From Eutreptiella sp. 'Long Island Sound 2002' (taxonomy: Eukaryota > Protista > Euglenida), in contig OZ038378.1 of assembly GCA_964036045.1 (NCBI GenBank), forward strand, positions 171,554,001 through 171,618,000: a DNA stretch of 64,000 nt, written 5' to 3'. A program made the translations under genes and the position numbers. The notes beneath the pieces were generated by a model. That model saw nothing but the letters and a program-made list of their open reading frames with translations, ran no database searches and was not told the origin of the DNA. This document shows positions 57,001 to 64,000 of this stretch, one piece after another (within the stretch, counting starts at the first letter, position 1; the number at the start of each line of letters is the position of its first letter).

Positions 57001-60000
57001 CCCCAAGAATTCAGAGATCCATTGCTGGACAACAATGGAGAAGGCAGAGTAGGATTAGATTACTGAGCAGCAGAGGAAAGAAGAAAGCCTTATACCTCTC
57101 TGTGGTGTATTTTTAGGAGAAGAAACACCTGGGCTACAATTGCATCAGATCAGTAGGATGGTGGTGAATGCTTTGAGTTGCTCATCCACGTGTATGTTTG
57201 TAGCTTATTGGGATCTCAATACTCCAGCTCAAATTGAGTATTTTCCCCGAGGAGAAATATTTGAAGTGTTTTTTGGACCCTCCAATTTGGTGGGTGGGTG
57301 GGGGGTGGTGCGGTGTATCCCATATTCAATGGTTCCCTGAGCCCCCTTCCTCCCCTTGCTCCCCTATTCTCTCTGCTCCTTAGATGGAACAACTAATCTT
57401 TCATACATGCATATTGTAGGCGCAAAGTGCCAATATTGGGGAAGGGGGCCAAAGGCTGAAGGCCCCCTTCAAACCGGCTGCTCACGGCGTTGAGGCGTGC
57501 ACAAACAAACACTTGTGAGGCGCAAAGCGCCCCCAGGTGAGGCTCCCGGGCCCCTTGGGGGGAGGAGGGGCAAAGTTGACAGAAGCCACAAATATATTTG
57601 TACGCATTTTCAGGTGGGACACAAGTGCACTCGCATCACACTTGTCAACACTTGCGTGACAACTCCCCTTTTCCAGAACAGTGATGTTTGGAGGGTGCTC
57701 ACCACCACTGATGGGGAAAACATAATGCAGGGCCAGGGAATTCCGGATCACCAAGTGTTGCGCATCAGCGGTGCACAGCATACTCGGGCATTTTGCCTTT
57801 GAGGAAAGGGTGGCTTGAGCCCACGGACCATCACATTCATTGTGTGCAGGGGTTTAGCGTGCAAAACTTTGGAAACCCGCTGAGGGCCATGCTTCGGCGC
57901 CCAGTGCTACAACCATGGCTCATGGTTGGGGGGGTTGAGGGTGTGCTTTTGTTTGCCTTTGTTCTTGTGTGTCTCTAAGTGTGGGCCAAGGGGGGACGGC
58001 AAGGGGCTACTGCCCCTGTTGTTGGACGATTTTCTCCATTATTGCCATGCCCATCAGCCTATTGATTTGCCTCCTAGCCTTTGCAGATGTGCCAGGAGGT
58101 ACATGATCAGACTTGTCTTCAATGTACTCTTCAACTGCTTTCTTTGAATCAGTACGAGAAACCGTCACATATGTGTTTGTGTGCGTTTGGGAATGCCGTG
58201 CACGCAGTGCGCCCATAGTGAGTACATAGTGCAAACTTTTGTATGTCGGCAACTACTTGAACCGTAGTTTTGGCCTTTTTTCACTAGTTGGTTGTTCCAT
58301 AACAGATTTTTTATGCTTCTTATGGATGGGGCATGTGGCACATTTGAATTGCCACCCATTTTCACCCATTTTCGGCCATTTTAGCCCATTTTTACCCAGT
58401 TTTGTTGCATGTTCATAGTCATAGGTGGATGTTGGATTATGATGATGGGGAATCACCGGACGCCGTGTACATTCACAATGCACCAAATCGGCAGGTGGGT
58501 TGTTGCACACTTCAAAGCGATTCCAACCTTCATGGTCATTGCCTTGCTATCTCTAGGAAACAATGTCTTTGTGGATTCTCTTTTTGAGCCAGCACTTGAA
58601 CCCTCCATCTGCACTCTGGGATCATTGCGAATCAGTAGTATGGCTTATCAGTAACGGCCCGCATAGTGCTGCATATTGCTACAAATTGGGCCCCAATCGG
58701 GTCAAGATAGAATGCCTATGTCTCCAGAAGGCTGCCACCATCTTCCAACACACTCATGCAACATTAGATTGTGCTTGGCCACAGCCACCAATCACCAAGG
58801 ATATGAAGACCCTTGTGATGCCTGCATAAATGCAGGGTGGTTTCCTCCCTTCCTCCCTGGCTAGGTTTTATAGCGTGGGCACTGCACGAAGTGCACTCGC
58901 AGTGCACCAACTTGGCCTTTGTATATGTTTGCGTTTGTGTTTGTGTGTGTGTGTGTGTGTGTTTTATCTCTCTCTCTCTCTCTCTCTCTCTGTATGGGTG
59001 TGTGTGTGTGTGTGTGTTTGTGTCTTTGCTGGTGCATGTATTGTCATGTTTTGCGCCTTGATCTCTCCATGTGTCTGTTATCGTGTGTCTCTGCCCTTTT
59101 GGTCGCGCCCATGTGTCCACTGTCACCATCTGTGTTTCAGGCAAAGCAACAGCTGGACACTTTCGTGAGAGACGTAGCCTACGACACAGGCATGTATGGA
59201 TTGGCTGCGGCGCAAACAATCTCAATGATGCTCCTGGCATTGATGGGGATCTACCCAAGCACTGTAGCGGCCACCATTCTGATGCCCATTGCCTGCAGTG
59301 CCCTCCCATTACTGTCTCCAAACGTCACGAAGACCTGTCTTGTGAAGTGGACGTTCATCTCCCTCATCCTTATTAGTCTTGTGTTTGGTATCATGGTGTT
59401 TGTGACCAAATATTTGCGTCACACTTTTTCCTTGGAGTTTGATTGCAAGGGGACAATGGAGGAAGCACTTGAGACATCAACGACCCTCAAGGTACCTTTT
59501 TTCCACTACCTCTGCCCCCTTGACCCATCCCCAGGGTGCATCAAGTGCGTGCGTGGGCGCGCGGGGGGGGTTGCTGGGTGGTTGGGTGGGCGGGCGGTGA
59601 GCGGAGCAACCCAGTGGAAAGGGGATCAGCGTCAAATGATCCTGTGTGTCCCCCCTTTGTGCTATCATGGTCCTGTGTAGGCAGGGCAACCCGATGCTAC
59701 CGTTGTTTTAGAGGCAATTTCGGGTCCGCTCTTTTTGTGAGTCCAAATGGGGCGCACTGCAGGAAGAATGATCTCTAGGCCCAGAGACACCACTCACCAC
59801 CACTAACCAGCCCTCTTTCTCAGTACAAGCATCTCACAACGATTTTGACTTGCGGTTGGCATTTTGGGTAATGATCCCAGAAGAACAGTGCAAAGGTAGT
59901 TGTACAAACATGTGAGGGAATCGCTTATGATCTGTCCCCCGGATTCTTGCATGTTCAATTGGGTTACCCTCTTTTTGTCTTCGCAAATGGTGCACATGGG

Positions 60001-63000
60001 CCTGGAAAAGTGCCCATAACGTTGCCCGTGTTGGGGACCATGATATCGTAGGGCTTTTGCAGCCATTTGTCGCCTTCCCGCTATGGGAACCCTGATATGG
60101 ACCCCAACACCTCCTCCTTAACCACAGTGAAAGATGGGTTCCCAGTCCCAGTCCCGCGGTCGAAGATTCCCTCCCATGCTCTGCACGTTGAACCATGGAT
60201 GTATTCTGTGCTTGAGGCTGTTGAGGCGGTCTGGTCGCTTGAGGCTGCGGATAAAGTGCTTTCACATGCTGATCAGCACACTTATGACGATCACGCACAG
60301 GGGACAGCCTTTGAGCTTAATATTGTTGCGTGCCTGCAGGCAGTGTGCACAATCAGCATCGCACCGCTACCCCATGTACTCAGGTATACCGCCATCACCA
60401 GGCATTTTCACATCATGCGTCCAAAGAGCACGCATACCCGTTTGCTGTAGCAGGTGGTGGCTCAGACAACAAATTGGTATCGCCATGTGCACATGTAAGC
60501 GGGGCAGGGGTGGGGGTGGGGGCACCCACCCTCCATGCAAAAAAAAAAGGTCTGCTTTACCGGGGGGGGGGGGGGGGGGCTTCCCCTTGCGCCCTCGTGC
60601 GACGCCCCTCCCCCCCCTTCTGGGAGAATTTTAGGGGGGGGTGGACGTGTATAGATTACACCTGAGCGCCCTCCATGGCTGTTCCCCTCGGTTCAGGTCG
60701 CGTCCGAGGCCTCCAGGGAAGCAGACAGCATCTTGAACCACACCCTAAAGAACACCATGGCAGATGGTGCTGCGGAGATCGATATGTTCCTGTTGAAGTG
60801 CGCCTGCGACGAAACCGCCTGCGCTCCACTTCGCCGAGCCGTTCTGTCTCTGCGCAGAGGAATGCGGGCCTGCCGCCATCGCCAGGTGCTGCCCCAGGGC
60901 TAAGGAAGGGCCCATGCTACTCAATAAGATGCGCGCACCAGCGCCAGAGGCTATGGTTTGGTAGCACATATGGCACGGCCCAGTCCCCCCCCCCCCCTCC
61001 CCTTGTCTGGTTTGCGCTGCAGTGCAGCAAGGCAAAACATTGAACTGAGTGTGGTGATGACCATGCGCCTGTGACACGGGGGCGTATGCGAGCCCAGTAT
61101 CCGTTGCCTCATGGCCTCCCCTTGTCCTAACACGGGCTTGTCCAAACACGGCGACCCCGTGTTTCCGCATTTTTTTTGGAACCATCGTTTTTCGGTTCCA
61201 ATCCAATAGAGAATGTGGTTTGTAGCTTTGTGCGGGCTGCAGGAACGGCCAATATGGGTGTCAAAGTGTTATTGTAGGTGCGATTCCATGTGCTATTGTT
61301 TTCTGGGGTGTATGCTGGCCTGTTGCGCACCCTTTTGTAGTCATGAAGGGGAAGCGTTTGCTTATGTCTGCAACATGTGTTGCGTGGTACAGGGGGAGGG
61401 ATAATTTCGCCGGGGGAAAATTTCGCCACCCTTGAAATCCCCAAAGCTCCAAGTGCCATACGCCCAAATGACGGTGATAACACAACAAGACACGCCCCAG
61501 ACGGAGACTCCAAAATTGCAACACATCACCACAAAAAACAGGCCCCAGCCCCTCCAGCACCAATAGTACCGGATCAGCAGCACCAGATTCCATACATCTG
61601 CGCAAGAAACGGTGGGCTCAGGCGAGTTGGTAAGCGCTTGGCTCTTCTTAGGAAACACAATCCCTCTGCCGCGGTGGCAAAGGATGGAACTGTTCCGCCA
61701 AAAAATTCGCCAGGGGAAAATTTCGCCACCGTTCTTAACGGCGAAATTTTCCCCGCGAAATTCTCCCCTGGCAAAATTTTCCCTCCCCCTGTACGTGCTG
61801 CGCCGTAATACGGCTTGTCCGAACACGACAAGCCCGTGTTTCCGCACTTTTGCCCCCTGAACCAGAACCTGGCCCGCTTCAGGACGGGGGGGGAAGGCGA
61901 ATGGTGCACAGTGCTTCTCTTGGCGTATCTGGGCAGCATCGCTACTTGAGCTGCCGTGTCACATAACATGTCATCAATTCTCATGCTGCTGCCGCTGCTG
62001 CCGCTGCTGCTGCTGATGATGAACAGAAAGATGACCGTGATGAGGTTGAGGATGACACAGATGCACCCGTAAGACGTGAGTGCTGCATGGACTCACGGAC
62101 GAGAATTTGAAGTCGGAGCATTTTCCTCGCAGTTCAGGGATAGGCGCATGAGCGTCGTGCACTGTGGTTGTGGGAGGGTGTCGTTGCCTGGCATGACCAC
62201 GACTGCAATTAGTTGGACAGTGCGCGGACATGGGCGCAGAAGGCGCAGGAATCTTTTTCAGTTCTTACCGTCTCAAATGTCGGCTGCTTTGGAAGGAGGA
62301 GAATGATAGACTCATGCCAACATTTCTCCTCTCAAGCGTGTCTGCCGCACCCTCAAGCAATCAGGTGCCCCAATTAGCAGCGGCGGCTAAGGCAAGCCAT
62401 CTGGCATGCAGTTGTCAATGGAGCTGAGCTCCGTGAAACCGCACTTTAGCTGATACTGGATGCTTAGGTCTGTGCCCTGGTCGTTTTGCGCCTTCCTCAA
62501 ACCAATCTGCAAAGTCAGTGCTATGGGCGGGCGAATTCTTGGTCCTGTCCACACTTGCACGATGACTCACGCGGAGCGAGACATGGGGCAGGACTGCAGC
62601 ACGGCAACTGCAGCAAGGAGCAGGACTGCGGCGAGGCGCATCCGGCAGGACTGGTGCACCCCACGCATGTTACGAGTCGCACCCTGTGAGCCATGCTGCA
62701 ACCGTGCTGATTGTGTCCCGCAGTATCTTCGCTCCATTTGCATGCCCTGGACCATCCCCAGGCCTATCTGCAACTCGCCGCCCGCAAGTATGTCCGATCG
62801 GTGCGGCCGGTGGGCTTGGTGCATTTTGCCGATGAGCTGACGGCTGGCCGGCCGGATGTGCGGCTGCAGGTGAAGGACATCAGCGCGATTTTCGATCCCA
62901 TCCTCTGCAGCCTCATCCTGGACAATGCCATCAGCAATGCGTTCAAGCACGGCCACCCCGAGACTCCCAACGTCGAGATGGCCATTGAAAACATTTACCA

Positions 63001-63008
63001 AGAAGCAG
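50436..63008 (+). CDS. Multi-TM sensor histidine kinase, 3'-incomplete; exons 50436-50873 (alternative donor 50858), 59141-59491, 60697-60885, 62762-63008
   Basis: GT-AG junctions in phases 0, 0, 0. About 6 hydrophobic helices in exons 1-2; H-box ADSILNHTLKNTM (His 60739-60741); N-box LILDNAISNAFKHG (about 62912-62953). Exons 2-4 are well supported; linking exon 1 across 8.3 kb is an inference. Confidence 0.8.
50874..51068. repeat. (TG)n microsatellites at the start of the first histidine kinase intron
   Basis: Directly visible. Further (TG)n/(TC)n at 58940-59020 and 63010-63050, (GA)n at 63225-63275 and (GAGG)n at 63620-63810. Confidence 0.9.
51564..51845. repeat. Degenerate ~55-bp tandem repeat, about 5 copies
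   Basis: cct(a)ggcccc..ctg.agggc.ttggtggaa.aa.cactg.aag.ac..aact units. Confidence 0.65.
61008..61114 (+). mobile_element. 5'-truncated copy of SINE-like family B (107 bp)
   Basis: Matches 40285-40389; perfect 12-bp TSD cctccccttgtc (60996-61007, 61115-61126). Confidence 0.85.
61390..61791. mobile_element. 402-bp Tc1/mariner-type MITE nested in another inverted-repeat element (aacacgggcttgtc about 61129 / gacaagcccgtgtt about 61828)
   Basis: TA|cagggggagggataatttcg ... caaaattttccctccccctg|TA (18/20 TIR); repeated aaaatttcgcc subterminal motifs. Confidence 0.85.
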
Positions 63009-63009
63009 G

Positions 63010-63047
<38 letters not shown>

Positions 63048-63217
63048 TGTTTCTCGCTGTCAAGGGATTCCGGGTGCACGATTTGTGTGGGAGGGAGGGT
63101 GGTCCTCCGAAAACAGCAAAATGTGGGGTCTCAGGGGGGATTTTCTCTTTCACAGTGGAAAAGGAGAAAAGAGCCGTAGGAATCTGATACCACGCACCCG
63201 CCTTGCGTGGAACAATG

Positions 63218-63275
<58 letters not shown>

Positions 63276-63769
63276 CGAACCTGTCTTTGTTGGGGGAGGC
63301 CGGTGGGTGGTTGTCTTTGAATTGAAAATTTCCAAGGAGGAGCCCCCGCCCCCTCTCTCCCTCCCCCTATCCAAGTCATCTGAAAGTCAGAGTGTGTGGG
63401 CCCCAAAAGAGTACCTTTTACTCCCCTCTCCTGTTCTCGACTACTTCGCACAATTCTATTAGACGGACAATTGGTGTTAAACTCAGGGGGGCGTAGATAA
63501 ATCTTCACTTCAATTTATTTTTCATTCCTTGTTTGTTAAGCGACGCTATCCACAAGGTCTAGTGCCAGGGTACCTAAGGGGTTCAGATTTGTGGGCAAGC
63601 GGGGGGGAGAGACAGAGAGGGAGGGAGACAGAGGGAGAGGGGCAGAGGGAGAGGGGCATAGAGAGGGAGGGAGGGAGGGAGGGAGGGAGGGAGGGAGGGA
63701 GGGAGGGAGGGAGGGACGGAGGGAGGGGGAGCCAGAGCCAGAGCCAGAGACAGACAGAGAGAGACAGAC

Positions 63770-63803
<34 letters not shown>

Positions 63804-64000
63804 CATGAGAGAGGTTCATTGGCTATAAGCCTGAAACTTCTGTAATTCTGTGCCCTTCCCTGCGTTGGCTTTTCGCTCATTGGTGAGGGACAATGGAATA
63901 CGCAGTAACAGAACCATTGGGAACAAGAACTCCACCCCCCCAACACCTGGAGGCTGAAAGAGTATGCTGGTTGGTATTTCTGGGTGAACGTACGTGTTTG

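Noticed and set aside
57497-57802. Retroviral-type aspartic protease (LVNTCVTT resembling LVDTGA)
   Set aside because: The catalytic DTG is absent, and the related copy at 36600 does not share the motif.
60067-60450. Additional histidine kinase exon
   Set aside because: Exons 59141-59491 and 60697-60885 join in phase without it; no recognisable motif or clear splice sites.

Overview
Intron-rich, repeat-dense eukaryotic DNA with no prokaryotic operon structure. A euglenid-like protist is my inference, from GT-AG introns with GTG-rich donors, TTAGGG-like repeats and an intron-containing bacterial-type histidine kinase; I cannot confirm the organism. Four + strand genes can be modelled by hand: (1) a NOL1/NOP2/Sun-family RNA m5C methyltransferase, 7 exons, <1-13388; (2) an orphan low-complexity protein, at least 4 exons, 25185-31669; (3) a secreted/type-I membrane protein with a thioredoxin-like fold, 45683-47059; (4) a multi-TM histidine kinase with an HWE/HisKA_2-like H-box, at least 4 exons, 50436->63008, running out of the window. 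The rest is a nested mobile-element landscape: L1-like retroelements (one with an RNase H retaining its catalytic residues), PIF/Harbinger-group (IS5-like DDE) transposons, hAT and TA-targeting MITEs, and tRNA-related SINEs. Two observations stand out. First, a SINE-like family has all three copies, each with a 10-12 bp target duplication, at the 3' edge of poly-C runs that form MITE termini. Second, a 6.4-kb TIR/TSD-bounded transposon carries about 92 copies of a 48-bp self-complementary, telomere-motif-containing satellite. No CRISPR array, rRNA or convincing intact tRNA gene was found. All homology calls come from motif recognition, not database searches.
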